Origin: Candidatus Micrarchaeota archaeon
GTDB taxonomy: Archaea > Micrarchaeota > Micrarchaeia > Burarchaeales > JAKAKT01
DNA length: 64,000 nt
Assembly: GCA_021813385.1 (NCBI GenBank)
Contig: JAKAKT010000090.1
Span: 2,867-66,866 of the forward strand
Direction of reading: 5' to 3'
The notes below the pieces were generated by a model. It was given only the letters and a program-made list of their open reading frames with translations. It did no database searches and was not told the DNA's origin. The position numbers and the translations under genes are program-made. Shown in pieces: positions 36,691-47,052 of the stretch; the stretch's first letter is position 1; the number at the start of each line of letters is the position of its first letter.

Positions 36691-37250
36691 ACAAAGCAGA
36701 ATTGAGGAGGATAATGAAGGAGACGCTTGCGAAACAGCCGAGCTTGGAGAGGGAGAGGAAAAGCAAGCTGATTGTAGGTAGGTTGGTAAGCCTCGGGGAA
36801 TATTCCAAGGCAAAGACAATACTCACTTATGTCTCGATGGACGAAGAGGTTTCGACCAGGGAACTCATCCCAAGGGCAATTTCAGATGGAAAATGCGTGG
36901 TCGTGCCGGCAGTTTCCCATGATGAGAAAACGATGACTCTGCACGAGATAAAGTCGCCTGAAGAGCTCGGGCCAGGGTACAGGGGAATAAACGAACCGAA
37001 GAACCGGGGGACTTGTTTTGAGTGCGAGAGGATTGATTTGGCGATTGTGCCTGGCCTCGCATTCGACAAGAGGGGAAACCGCTTGGGAAGGGGGAAGGGG
37101 ATGTTCGACAAGCTATTCGCTGCAGCTGGCTGCATAAGGATTGCTCTTGCCTTTGATTTTCAGGTTGTTGGCGAGGTGCCAGTCGAGGCTTACGATGTGC
37201 CGGTTCATTTCGTGGTAAGTGAAAACAGGATCCTTAAAGTTGGAAGGTGA
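36687..37250 (+). CDS. 5-formyltetrahydrofolate cyclo-ligase
   Basis: KAELRRIMKETLA...YVSMDEEVSTRELI...VPGLAFDKRGNRLGRGKGMFD pattern of MTHFS. Confidence 0.8.
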   Translation: MNKAELRRIMKETLAKQPSLERERKSKLIVGRLVSLGEYSKAKTILTYVSMDEEVSTRELIPRAISDGKCVVVPAVSHDEKTMTLHEIKSPEELGPGYRGINEPKNRGTCFECERIDLAIVPGLAFDKRGNRLGRGKGMFDKLFAAAGCIRIALAFDFQVVGEVPVEAYDVPVHFVVSENRILKVGR

Positions 37251-37253
37251 CGG

Positions 37254-38720
37254 ATGAAGGGCTATAGACAACTTTTGATTGCGATTATACTTCTCTCTTT
37301 GGTTGGTAGAGTTTACTTTTCCCTGCGGCCGTTGGATGGCCACGAGGCATTGTTCGCGCAGCCAGCCGAGGAGCTCCTCGCGAACCAGCGATTGGAACCA
37401 ACGTATCTCGGCACCCCGATTTTCTATAAGCCCCCTCTCTCGTTTTATACTTACGCTGCTTTTATCGGACTTTTTTCCTGGCTTCCTGCTCCGATTGAGC
37501 TCATATACCGTCTGCAGCCTTTGTTTTTTGGAGCACTTTCGATATATCTCGTATATTTGCTCGTGAAAAAGCTTTTTGATGAGGACATCGCACTTATCTC
37601 ATGCACTGCATACGCAGTTTCGAACTTGGCGATATTCATACACGCTGAGATGAATAGTGATTCGCTCTTAAACTTTCTTGTCCTGGCCTCGATATTGTTT
37701 TATGTGAGGGGCGGGAGAAAAGATCTTGCCTTCGGATGGCTTTTTTCCGCATTTGCATATTTAACAAAAACAAGCATGTCATTCGCAATTCCGGTAATTG
37801 CAATCGCCTACGCGCTCACGTGCGAAAAGAAGAGGCTACGGGACCCTGTTTTTCTCGCTTCCCTTTCCGGGCCGCTGTTCGGGCTTCTGGTTTGGATGCT
37901 CTTTTTCAACCACGGCGGCAGTGGAGGAGTTGGCGGGCAGGTTGAACAGGACATCTTCAGGAGGTTCACACACAGCCCATATTCGGTCCTGGTCTCGTTC
38001 TTCTCATTCACGGCTCTCTTTGCCCCGTGGATTATTGCTTCGGTGATTGGAATATTAGGGGTGCTTAGAAGGCAGCGCGACGGAAAGGAAAACTTCTTCC
38101 TTTGGTGGACGGCACTGGGAGTAATCCCGCTTTTTTCGGATCCAATAAGCACCAGTTACATAATGCCTATCCTGCCAGCATTTTCTTTTTTCGCAGCAAT
38201 GGGAATCGATGATGAGAAAGACGCAAGGCTGCGGACTGCGCTGCTTGTGCTTTTTTTTGTTGGAACGTTGCCCTTGTTTGCAATACAGGCGAATCCTGTC
38301 TGGGAGAGTTATTCGGAAAGGGATGTTGGAACGTACATTGCGAACGAACCGGGAGTCCTCCTAATCACGAGGGACCCTCTTAATTGCATTGTCTTTTACA
38401 AGCACAAGGCCGAAGGGATGGGAAATTACGTGCCCGTGAGCGAGCTGATGCGCTGCACTCCAGGGGGAAGCTATGACTGCCTGAAGATCTTTGATTACAA
38501 CTGGAGCAGCATCAGTTATTATGTTATAGAAAATGACGGGCCCCTCCTGTTTCTTTCGAGGGATAGCGAATTCATAGATTACAACATATCCGAAACAAGG
38601 CTTGTTGTTGTTAGCCAGCCTCTCGAGGCATTTTTCCTCAGGCATCCGGAAAGCAAGGAGTTCTCGCTCGACAGGAATTTCTCGGGATACTTCCTGGCGT
38701 ATCGGAGAACTTCTGGGTGA
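37254..38720 (+). CDS. GT-C family glycosyltransferase (PMT_2/ArnT-like)
   Basis: Polytopic membrane protein with a DGHEALFAQPAEE N-terminal loop motif. 488 aa. Confidence 0.6.
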   Translation: MKGYRQLLIAIILLSLVGRVYFSLRPLDGHEALFAQPAEELLANQRLEPTYLGTPIFYKPPLSFYTYAAFIGLFSWLPAPIELIYRLQPLFFGALSIYLVYLLVKKLFDEDIALISCTAYAVSNLAIFIHAEMNSDSLLNFLVLASILFYVRGGRKDLAFGWLFSAFAYLTKTSMSFAIPVIAIAYALTCEKKRLRDPVFLASLSGPLFGLLVWMLFFNHGGSGGVGGQVEQDIFRRFTHSPYSVLVSFFSFTALFAPWIIASVIGILGVLRRQRDGKENFFLWWTALGVIPLFSDPISTSYIMPILPAFSFFAAMGIDDEKDARLRTALLVLFFVGTLPLFAIQANPVWESYSERDVGTYIANEPGVLLITRDPLNCIVFYKHKAEGMGNYVPVSELMRCTPGGSYDCLKIFDYNWSSISYYVIENDGPLLFLSRDSEFIDYNISETRLVVVSQPLEAFFLRHPESKEFSLDRNFSGYFLAYRRTSG

Positions 38721-38787
38721 GATGGTATTTGCTTCTTCTGAATAGAATGCTTTAAATTCTATTGGCGAGAATATTCTTCCGAGGGAT

Positions 38788-39405
38788 ATGGCCATAAGGG
38801 TAGCAGTTCTCGCGAGCGGCAGGGGCTCGGATTTCCAGTCGATAATGGATGGAATCGCGAAAGGCGATGTGGACGCCCGGATAGTTTTGCTTATAGCTGA
38901 CAAGCCTGAGGCCAAGGCAATCGAGCGGGCGGAAAAAAACGGGATTCCGCACAAGGTGATTTCTCCTTCAAACTATAAGGACAGGCTTGAGCACGACAGG
39001 GCAGTTAAAACGGCACTCGACGAAGCAAGGGCGGACTTGGTTGTCCTGGCGGGTTATATGCGGATACTCAGGGACAGGGAATTCCTTAAAGCCTATTTTG
39101 GAAAAATCATCAACATACATCCGTCGCTTCTTCCGGCTTTCCCCGGCGCCCATGCCCAGAAGGACGCTTTCGAACACGGGGCGAAGGTCTCTGGCTACAC
39201 GATTCATTTCGTCGATGACAGCCTCGATGGCGGGCCAATAATCCACCAGGAGGCCGTGAACATTGGCGACTGCAAGAGCGCAGAAGAAACGGCTGAGAGA
39301 ATCCTTGCGCGCGAGCACGCCGGGCTCCCTAAAATCGTGGACTCGTTCTCAAAGGGGGAGTATTTTATACGAGGCAGAAGGGTCGAATACAGGAAGAGGA
39401 AATAG
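38788..39405 (+). CDS. purN: phosphoribosylglycinamide formyltransferase
   Basis: VLASGRGS ... NIHPSLLP ... catalytic His/Asp context typical of PurN. Confidence 0.85.
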   Translation: MAIRVAVLASGRGSDFQSIMDGIAKGDVDARIVLLIADKPEAKAIERAEKNGIPHKVISPSNYKDRLEHDRAVKTALDEARADLVVLAGYMRILRDREFLKAYFGKIINIHPSLLPAFPGAHAQKDAFEHGAKVSGYTIHFVDDSLDGGPIIHQEAVNIGDCKSAEETAERILAREHAGLPKIVDSFSKGEYFIRGRRVEYRKRK

Positions 39406-39424
39406 TCCTCAATTGGTTGTTTTG

Positions 39425-40573
39425 ATGGGTGTTGACGATTTCCGAAAACGAGCGGACAATCTCTTCTTGGAAGCCGAGAGGCTCGAGGATGCGGCCACGA
39501 AGATGGGGGGAAAGGGGGCGGCTTCCACAATGACCTGCTATGCGGAGATACGGGGCCTTATAGCGGACCTGAGAGAGCTCGAATCCAGGGAGCGGGAGAT
39601 TGAGAACTCTGACATCGCAACAAAGCTAAAGTTCTCCCGCAAGGCTAAGAAGGCTGGCAAGGGGTTCTGGCGCATTGTGAGGGAGATAAACGCGCTCCAC
39701 GCGAAAGGGGAGATGGAGGAGAAGGACGCGAAGCAGTTTGGGAAGGTCCTTGAGCTGATAAAGGTCAAGAAACTCCTTGAGGCTGAGCGGGAGCTTTTCC
39801 CGTTCAAAAGACTTGAAGCGCTCGCAAAAGAGAGGGAAAAAATCCATTCGGAAATCGATGTCCTCACAGAAGAGATAGAATCGAGAATCTCTTACCTGCG
39901 AAATGAGCTCACGAGCGTAATTCCGAAAGAAAAAATCGAGGAGCTCGCGAAGGGAAGGGAGCGCTATCAATGGGCCACCGAGATTGTGAAGGGGTATGAC
40001 GAATGGAGGGTTGAGCAGGTTGAGAAGCTGATGCGATTGCCTGTAGCCAAGCTGATAAAAGCGTGCGCATCGAACGATGACCTTTTCGGATTGGGCTTCC
40101 CAAAACCCAGGGATATGCTATCCTTAGAGGAATTTGGGGACTTCCTTGTCTCATCGAAAATCAACGGCGACGCCAAAGAGGTTTTGGGCCTTCGTGACCT
40201 CGAGCCTGAGGAGCTCAGGGGCATTGTCGCGGACCACCACCAATTCAGGCGGCTTGCGAGCGAGAATTCGCGGTGGCTCGAGGCGGTTGCAGAGCTCAGG
40301 AGTAGCGACTTCTTGCGATTCGATTTCGGGAACGATGAAAGGAAGAGGAAGCTGCTCTTGGCCCTTGGGCTTGCAAAAGAAAAAAATCTCGAGGAAAGGG
40401 TTGGGGCCCTGGCGCAGGTTGGCCGGAAGGAATTCGAGGAGTGGAAGGCCGCAAGCATGACGCTGGAGGGCCGGCTTAGCGCCCAAAAGAACATCGATGA
40501 GCGCTCTATTAACTCTGAACTCAGCGAACTCGAACGCATTAGGGGCGAATTGCCGCTAGGGACAGAGGATTGA
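39425..40573 (+). CDS. coiled-coil protein, hypothetical
   Basis: Long Glu/Lys/Arg/Leu heptad-like sequence. Start moved to ATG 39425 to avoid overlapping purN. Confidence 0.45.
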   Translation: MGVDDFRKRADNLFLEAERLEDAATKMGGKGAASTMTCYAEIRGLIADLRELESREREIENSDIATKLKFSRKAKKAGKGFWRIVREINALHAKGEMEEKDAKQFGKVLELIKVKKLLEAERELFPFKRLEALAKEREKIHSEIDVLTEEIESRISYLRNELTSVIPKEKIEELAKGRERYQWATEIVKGYDEWRVEQVEKLMRLPVAKLIKACASNDDLFGLGFPKPRDMLSLEEFGDFLVSSKINGDAKEVLGLRDLEPEELRGIVADHHQFRRLASENSRWLEAVAELRSSDFLRFDFGNDERKRKLLLALGLAKEKNLEERVGALAQVGRKEFEEWKAASMTLEGRLSAQKNIDERSINSELSELERIRGELPLGTED

Positions 40574-40599
40574 ATCGCCCAGCTGAATGAGAGCTTTGA

Positions 40600-40880
40600 T
40601 AATAAGGGAGTTGGCAGAGAAAAAAACGATTTTTATGGAAAATAAACGGCAAAAAAGAGATTCTGTTGTTTTTTTAGGCAAAAAGAGACAGAAAATGGAG
40701 AATTGACGCCAAAAACTCTTTAAAATGGTTTTTTTCCTGTTCTAGCTGATAAAAAAATTGATTTTTTAGCAGTGGGTTTATAGAGCTAAAGAAACCCGAA
40801 AATTACCTCGTAAAATAGACCCTGGAAAAACCCCCAAAAAACGAATTTTTTTAGCCTTTTCGAGGTTTGGCTTGTATGGT
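40600..40880. promoter_or_regulatory. long AT-rich nrdD upstream region with phased A/T tracts; TATA-like TTTATATA at 40891-40898; tandem GGGCGACC x2 at 40947-40962
   Basis: A5-7 and T6-7 runs recur every ~30-33 nt. A tandem direct repeat sits in the 5' leader. Confidence 0.35.
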
Positions 40881-40998
40881 CTCCACAACCTTTATATACC
40901 CCATAGTTAGTATTCCTTACCGCGCTCGACCACAACATCTAGTATTGGGCGACCGGGCGACCAGCAAGGAAAGAACGAATGATTGAGGGTGAGGAAAG

Positions 40999-43158
40999 AT
41001 GCTCTTTAACACCAAGATAAAGAAAATACGCAAGCGAGACGGGCGGGTAGTCGAATTCGACCAGTCTAAGGTAACAAGCGCGATATTCAAGTCAGCGAAG
41101 GCAGTTGGCGGGAGCGATGAGAAGCTAGCAGAGCAGCTTTCCGATAAGGTTGTGATGGCTCTTGAGAGGAAGTACAAGAGCTGGGAGATTCCGGAAGTCG
41201 AGGAGATACAGGACATCGTTGAGAAGGTCCTCATAGAGGAGGGGCATGCGAAGACTGCGAAAGCATTCATACTTTACAGGGACCAGAGGGCCAAGATTAG
41301 GGAGTCAAAGCTCGTGGTCGACTATATCGACAACACCATAGACAACTACCTGAGGCAGAGCGATTGGCGCGTGAACGAGAACAGCAACTCCGCCTACTCG
41401 CTCTCCGGCCTCCTGATGCACGCAGCTGGGACCGTCGTCGCCAACTATACGCTGAGCAATGTTTATCCGCCAGAGATAAGCAACGCGCACAAGAACGGCG
41501 ACTTCCATATACACGACCTCTCGATGGGGATATCCGGGTATTGCGCTGGCTGGAGCCTGCGGCAGGTTATTAGCGAGGGCTTCAACGGTGTTCCTGGGAA
41601 GATTGACTCCAGGCCAGCGAAGCACCTGAACTCAGCACTTTGGCAGATGATAAACTTCATGGGGACCCTCCAGAATGAATGGGCTGGCGCCCAGGCCTTC
41701 AGCTCCGTCGACACATATCTCGCTCCATTCGTGAAATACGATGCGCTGGACTACAAGCGCGTGAAGCAGGCAATTCAGGGATTTGTTTTCAACATGAACG
41801 TGCCTAGCAGGTGGGGGGGCCAGACTCCGTTCTCGAATATCACTCTCGACTGGACGGTTCCTGAGGACATGGCCACGAGAAGAGCGATTGTCGGTGGTGG
41901 AGAGCAGGACTACACTTACGGCGACTGCGTTGACGAGATGGCCCTCATAAACAGGGCGTTTATAGAAGTTATGACCGAAGGGGATGCAAAGGGCAGGGTG
42001 TTCACATTCCCGATTCCCACTTACAACATCACTCGGGATTTCGACTGGGACAGCAGCAACGCAAGGCTTCTCTTCGAGATGACTGCGAAATACGGCTTGC
42101 CATATTTCCAGAATTTTATCAACAGCACGCTCAAGCCGAGCGATGTGAGGAGCATGTGCTGCAGGCTTCAGCTTGATGTGAAGGAGCTCAAGAGCAGGGG
42201 AGGGGGGCTCTTCGGAGCAGGGGAGATGACGGGTTCTGTCGGGGTAGTGACTATCAATCTGCCCCGCGTGGGATTCCTGTCGAGGGACGATAACGATTAT
42301 TTTGAGAAGCTCGCGGAGCTGATGGACCTTGCCAGCAGGTCCCTCGAGATAAAGAGGGAGGTCGTGCAGAAGAACATAGATAACGGGCTCATGCCATACT
42401 CTAAGAGGTATCTCGTGAGCCTGCACAACCACTTCTCGACCATAGGAATAAACGGGATGAACGAGTCGCTCACAAACTTCATGGGCGCAGGGATAGCCAC
42501 GCCGGAAGGGAAGGCCTTTGCTCTTCGCACCCTCGATTTCATGCGGGAGAAGCTGCGCGAGTTCCAAGACTCGACGGGGGTTCTCTATAACCTAGAGGCG
42601 ACGCCCGCCGAGGGCACCAGCTACAGGCTCGCAAAAATTGACAAGGTGAAGCACCCTGAGATGATTACCGCCAATGAAGCTGCCGTGCAGAAGGGCGCCG
42701 CGCCATACTACACGAACTCGACGCACCTGCCCGTGAACTACACCGACGACCTATTCGAGGCACTCGAGCACCAGGACGACCTGCAGATGAAATATACGGG
42801 GGGAACTGTGTTCCACGGGTTCCTTGGGGAGAACATCAGCAGCCCGGAGGCTTGCGGAAAGCTCGTGAGAAGAATCGCTTACAACTTCAGGCTGCCGTAT
42901 TACACTATAACACCAACGTTCAGCGTCTGCCCTGAGCACGGCTACATAGCTGGAAGGCACGGGGAATGCCCAAAGCCGAAGAACGGGAATGGTGAACGGT
43001 GCGGGAGAAGCTGCGAGATTTACAGCCGCGTTGTCGGGTACTTCAGGCCAGTGCAGAATTGGAACTTGGGTAAAAAGCAAGAGTTCAGCGACCGCAAGGA
43101 ATATTCCGAAATGGTCGCGACTGCCAGCACGTATGGCGCGAAAGTCTTGGTGAAGTAG
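40999..43158 (+). CDS. nrdD: anaerobic ribonucleoside-triphosphate reductase (class III)
   Basis: N-terminal ATP-cone. C-terminal Zn-ribbon (CPEHG...C..C) and glycyl-radical region RVVGYF. 719 aa. Confidence 0.9.
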   Translation: MLFNTKIKKIRKRDGRVVEFDQSKVTSAIFKSAKAVGGSDEKLAEQLSDKVVMALERKYKSWEIPEVEEIQDIVEKVLIEEGHAKTAKAFILYRDQRAKIRESKLVVDYIDNTIDNYLRQSDWRVNENSNSAYSLSGLLMHAAGTVVANYTLSNVYPPEISNAHKNGDFHIHDLSMGISGYCAGWSLRQVISEGFNGVPGKIDSRPAKHLNSALWQMINFMGTLQNEWAGAQAFSSVDTYLAPFVKYDALDYKRVKQAIQGFVFNMNVPSRWGGQTPFSNITLDWTVPEDMATRRAIVGGGEQDYTYGDCVDEMALINRAFIEVMTEGDAKGRVFTFPIPTYNITRDFDWDSSNARLLFEMTAKYGLPYFQNFINSTLKPSDVRSMCCRLQLDVKELKSRGGGLFGAGEMTGSVGVVTINLPRVGFLSRDDNDYFEKLAELMDLASRSLEIKREVVQKNIDNGLMPYSKRYLVSLHNHFSTIGINGMNESLTNFMGAGIATPEGKAFALRTLDFMREKLREFQDSTGVLYNLEATPAEGTSYRLAKIDKVKHPEMITANEAAVQKGAAPYYTNSTHLPVNYTDDLFEALEHQDDLQMKYTGGTVFHGFLGENISSPEACGKLVRRIAYNFRLPYYTITPTFSVCPEHGYIAGRHGECPKPKNGNGERCGRSCEIYSRVVGYFRPVQNWNLGKKQEFSDRKEYSEMVATASTYGAKVLVK

Positions 43159-43164
43159 GTTAGG

Positions 43165-43884
43165 ATGGGACATCGGCCCGGAGTTGATTCTTTGGAGATT
43201 AAAGGCCTCATGATGTCCTTCATCGACTACCCTGGCAACATTTGCGTTACTATATTTACCGGCAGGTGCAACTACCGCTGCCCGTTCTGCCAGAACGCGA
43301 CCCTCGTCCTTTCGCCCGAGAAGCTTGAGACGATTTCTCTAGAGAAAGCGCTAGCCGAGATACAGAAGCGAAAGAGACTGATTGACGGCATAACGATAAC
43401 TGGGGGGGAACCGCTGATGAACGGGGATTTGCCGACGCTGATTGAGCCAGTGAAGAAGATGGGCCTTTTGGTGAAGCTTGACACCAACGGGGCTTACCCC
43501 GAAGAGCTTGAGGTTTTGATTGGAAAAAATCTCCTTGATTATGTCGCAATGGACATAAAGAGTTCCCAGGACAAGTATTCGAACGCATGCGGCGTGAAAG
43601 TCGACTTGGACGCTGTCAATCGTTCAGCCAAACTGCTCCTTTCCTCTAAAATCGATTATGAGTTCAGGACTACTGCGGTTCCTGGGCTTGTAGAAAAGGA
43701 AGACATGGAAAAGATTGGCCAGTGGCTCGAGGGCGCGAAGAATTACTATCTCCAACAGTTTATCCCGGGCGAGTCGCTTTCCGAGGAGTATAGAAGGAAG
43801 GACCCGCACCCGCCTGAAAGACTTGCCGAGTTTGCGAAAATCGCCGAGAGATACTTTTTAAATGTTGGAGTGAGAGGGTTATAG
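43165..43884 (+). CDS. nrdG: anaerobic RNR activating protein (radical SAM)
   Basis: CNYRCPFCQN (CxxxCxxC) near the N-terminus. Immediately downstream of nrdD. Confidence 0.85.
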   Translation: MGHRPGVDSLEIKGLMMSFIDYPGNICVTIFTGRCNYRCPFCQNATLVLSPEKLETISLEKALAEIQKRKRLIDGITITGGEPLMNGDLPTLIEPVKKMGLLVKLDTNGAYPEELEVLIGKNLLDYVAMDIKSSQDKYSNACGVKVDLDAVNRSAKLLLSSKIDYEFRTTAVPGLVEKEDMEKIGQWLEGAKNYYLQQFIPGESLSEEYRRKDPHPPERLAEFAKIAERYFLNVGVRGL

Positions 43885-43969
43885 TTGCAATGTAAGTTTG
43901 GCGCTTGCGAGATGGAGCTGTGGGCTCGAGGCGCCGTGTTATCTTATGTGATTTTCAAGAGGTGAAAGT

Positions 43970-44308
43970 ATGTTCCATCCAGGGAAGGTTATCTATGTTT
44001 TCAACTGCGGCAAGGACGAAGTTTCGGCTAACGGGGAGGCCCAAGCGACTGTGATTATGTGGGACGAGAATATGATTACGCTCGAGGTCCACCCTCGCAT
44101 AAAAGGGAACGTCAGGGAGGGGGACATTGTGCTCGTCGATTACAGACCTATAGAGAAGCTGAATATGCCCGTGCCTAAGCAGGCCATAGTGAAGATATTG
44201 CGGGGCAAGAAGGCAAAGGACCTCTGGGCGGAGTATGCCGAATACCACGAAAAAAGGAAGAGGTCGGCGAACAGGCTGCCAACTGCACCCCAAGGTTATA
44301 TAGGCTAA
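43970..44308 (+). CDS. hypothetical protein
   Basis: 112-aa ORF with no recognisable motif. Confidence 0.35.
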   Translation: MFHPGKVIYVFNCGKDEVSANGEAQATVIMWDENMITLEVHPRIKGNVREGDIVLVDYRPIEKLNMPVPKQAIVKILRGKKAKDLWAEYAEYHEKRKRSANRLPTAPQGYIG

Positions 44309-44402
44309 CTCAATTACTTGGGGCGCATATGGGAAGGGGGGGGCGTAAGCTCACTTTAGGCTGATCAAGCGACTCGAGTCGTTATTTTCGGGGCTGCGAT
44401 AG

Positions 44403-47051
44403 ATGAAGCACGATTGGGATATGCTAAGCGTGCAGGAAACGATGAACCTCTTGAAGACTGGAGAGTCTGGGCTCTCGAAAGTGGAGCTAGGCTTTCGGCG
44501 CAAGAGATATGGCCCCAATACCCTTGCGAGAAAAAGAATCAGCGAACTCGATATCCTGCTCAGGCAGTTTCGGAGCATGTTCCTCTGGATTCTCATTCTT
44601 GCGTCACTCTTCTCGTTGTTTGCAAAAGAGACGCTAAACGCGATAGTCATCGCTGCACTCACGGTCTTCGTCTGCGTTCTAGGCTTCTTCCAAGAATACA
44701 AGGCGAACAGGGCTGTCGAGGCTCTTAGGGTGATGCTCGACCCCCAGGCGAGGGTCGTGCGAGATGGCTGCTTGGGGAGCGCTTCCGCTGCATCGCTTGT
44801 CCCAGGGGACATAATTGTGCTCTGCACAGGGGACAAGATTCCTGCTGACGCAAAAATAATGGAAACCCCGGGAATCAGGATTGACGAATCCATGATAAGC
44901 GGGGAGAGCGAGCCTGTCGAAAAGCACCTTGGGGGAATCCTCCTCGCTGGCTCGCATGTCGCCTATGGCAGGTGCAACGCCATCGTCTTCGCGACAGGCA
45001 TGAACACCAGGATTGGGAAGATTGCGGAAGAGATTCAGGCTCCGGAAAAGGAAATCCCGCTGATGGCTCAGACAAGGGGGCTGACCCAGAAAGTCGCCTA
45101 TGCGGTCCTGGCTGTGAGCGCAGTCACTATGGCTGCCGGCATCATCCGCGGCTACCCGCTAGTCGACACGTTCATACTCGCGGTTGCGGTGACTGTCGCT
45201 GGCATGCCTGAAGCGCTCCCGCTGACAGTCACGATAGCTCTTGCCATAGGGATGAAGCAGATGGCACATGACAAGGCGATACCGAAAACTATGACCGCAG
45301 TCGAGACGCTCGGCTCAGTGACTGTCATATGCACAGACAAGACGGGAACGATAACGAAGAACGAGATGACTGTGAGCAAGATGTATGTGGATAGGGAGGT
45401 TTTCGATGTAACGGGAGATGGATACGAACCGAAGGGCGGCTTCACCTTCGCGGGGAGCGAGGTCAGCCCTTCAGCAAGGCCGACGATGCACAAGCTCCTG
45501 GTCGCGACAACTCTCTGCAACAATGCAAATCTTTGCGAAAAGGGAGGGGCGTGGAAAATCCTCGGGACGCCGACCGAAGGGGCGCTGCTCGTTGCATCGG
45601 CAAAAGCTGGCATTTGGAAACACGACAGCGAGAAAGCGCATCCGAGAATTTTTGAAATACCGTTCACTTCCGAAGCTAAGTTGATGGTGACTGTAAACAG
45701 GCACAAGGAAAAGACAGTCGCGTTTATGAAAGGGGCCCCTGAAAGAGTCCTGCATAGGTGCAACGGGGTTGAGGAAGGCGGCAAAGTCCGGGATTTCGAA
45801 CAGGGGGAGTTCGAGCGGCTCATACACATTGACCGGGACATGGCATCCGGGGCGCTGAGGGTTCTTGCAGTCGCTTACAAGCCCATAACTGGGAAAATCG
45901 AGCTTGAGAAGCTTGACAGGGGATATGTTTTCCTTGGTTTTGTCGGGATGTTCGACCCGCCAAGGAAGGAAGTGGCGAGTTCTATAGCAACTTGCAAGCG
46001 CGCAGGGATAAGGGTGGTGATGATAACCGGGGACCACCACCATACTGCCCTTGCAATAGCAAAGCTCATAGGTTTAGATGGCGGGCCGAAAATCCTCACT
46101 GGAAGCGAGCTGGCAAGAATTGATGATAAGGGACTTGAACAGATTGTCGACGGCATATCGATATTCGCAAGAACGCATCCTGACCAGAAACTCCGGATAG
46201 TGAACGCACTCAAAGCAAGGGGGCACATTGTCGCTATGACCGGGGACGGGGTGAATGACGCGCCTGCGATAAAGAGCGCACACGTGGGGTTAGCGATGGG
46301 CATTGCAGGAACAGATGTGAGCAAAGAGGCCGCGGACATCATACTTGCGGACGATGATTTCTCGACCATAGTGGCGGCAATCAGGAGAGGGCGGGGAATC
46401 TACGAGAACCTGCGAAAATTTACCGCATTCCTGCTCTCATCGAACAGCGCTGAGATCTCAATCAATCTCCTTGCCTTGCTTTTGCTCCCGCTCCTCGGGG
46501 TGTGGGACCCCGTCATTCCCCTGTTGGCGCTCCAGATACTGCTGCTGAACCTGATAATAGATGGGATGCCTGCAGTGGCCCTTGGGATAGACCCGGTGAG
46601 GCCGGACGTGATGGAAGGGCCCCCGATAAAACCGCGGGAGCCATTGCTATCAGGCGGGGATTGGTTCATGGTGTTATTCACTGGGGCATTCATCGCGCTG
46701 GTGTCGCTTGCAGTCTTCACAATCCACATGAGGGACATCGGGCTCGCGAGGACGATGACGCTCGCGACGCTTACCTCATTCGAGCTGTTCAGCGTGCTGA
46801 ATTTTCGCTCCATGAAAAGATCAATTACCGAGTCGCTTTTCATATGGAACAAATGGATGCTTTTATCATTCGCAGCTGCGCTCGCAGTTCTGCTCATCGC
46901 CATATACGAACCCTTCATGCAGGCTACATTCAGCACCGTTGCCCTTTCGCCGCAGCAGCTCGCGCTCGCATTCGCGATAGGCGCGTCAGCAATACCCGTG
47001 ATGGAAATAAGGAAATTTCTCGCAAAACGAGCCGTCTTATCCTCGGGTTAA
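44403..47051 (+). CDS. P-type cation-transporting ATPase (type II, Ca2+/Mg2+-like)
   Basis: ICTDKTGTITKN (DKTGT), TGDGVNDAPA, MITGD motifs. ~10 TM helices. 882 aa. Confidence 0.9.
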   Translation: MKHDWDMLSVQETMNLLKTGESGLSKVELGFRRKRYGPNTLARKRISELDILLRQFRSMFLWILILASLFSLFAKETLNAIVIAALTVFVCVLGFFQEYKANRAVEALRVMLDPQARVVRDGCLGSASAASLVPGDIIVLCTGDKIPADAKIMETPGIRIDESMISGESEPVEKHLGGILLAGSHVAYGRCNAIVFATGMNTRIGKIAEEIQAPEKEIPLMAQTRGLTQKVAYAVLAVSAVTMAAGIIRGYPLVDTFILAVAVTVAGMPEALPLTVTIALAIGMKQMAHDKAIPKTMTAVETLGSVTVICTDKTGTITKNEMTVSKMYVDREVFDVTGDGYEPKGGFTFAGSEVSPSARPTMHKLLVATTLCNNANLCEKGGAWKILGTPTEGALLVASAKAGIWKHDSEKAHPRIFEIPFTSEAKLMVTVNRHKEKTVAFMKGAPERVLHRCNGVEEGGKVRDFEQGEFERLIHIDRDMASGALRVLAVAYKPITGKIELEKLDRGYVFLGFVGMFDPPRKEVASSIATCKRAGIRVVMITGDHHHTALAIAKLIGLDGGPKILTGSELARIDDKGLEQIVDGISIFARTHPDQKLRIVNALKARGHIVAMTGDGVNDAPAIKSAHVGLAMGIAGTDVSKEAADIILADDDFSTIVAAIRRGRGIYENLRKFTAFLLSSNSAEISINLLALLLLPLLGVWDPVIPLLALQILLLNLIIDGMPAVALGIDPVRPDVMEGPPIKPREPLLSGGDWFMVLFTGAFIALVSLAVFTIHMRDIGLARTMTLATLTSFELFSVLNFRSMKRSITESLFIWNKWMLLSFAAALAVLLIAIYEPFMQATFSTVALSPQQLALAFAIGASAIPVMEIRKFLAKRAVLSSG

Positions 47052-47052
47052 T

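Noticed and set aside
38361-38954. 197-aa minus-strand ORF overlapping the 3' end of the GT-C gene and the start of purN
   Set aside because: Antisense to two well-supported genes. No motifs. Typical high-GC shadow ORF.
40600-40880. Repetitive-looking A-rich region upstream of nrdD considered as a degenerate CRISPR array or tandem repeat
   Set aside because: No regular repeat-spacer periodicity. Only phased homopolymer tracts.
41632-42567. 311-aa minus-strand ORF inside nrdD
   Set aside because: Antisense shadow ORF. nrdD is unambiguous on the + strand.
45152-46936. Several 160-230-aa minus-strand ORFs inside the P-type ATPase gene
   Set aside because: Antisense shadows of a gene with the DKTGT and GDGVNDAPA motifs in frame on the + strand.
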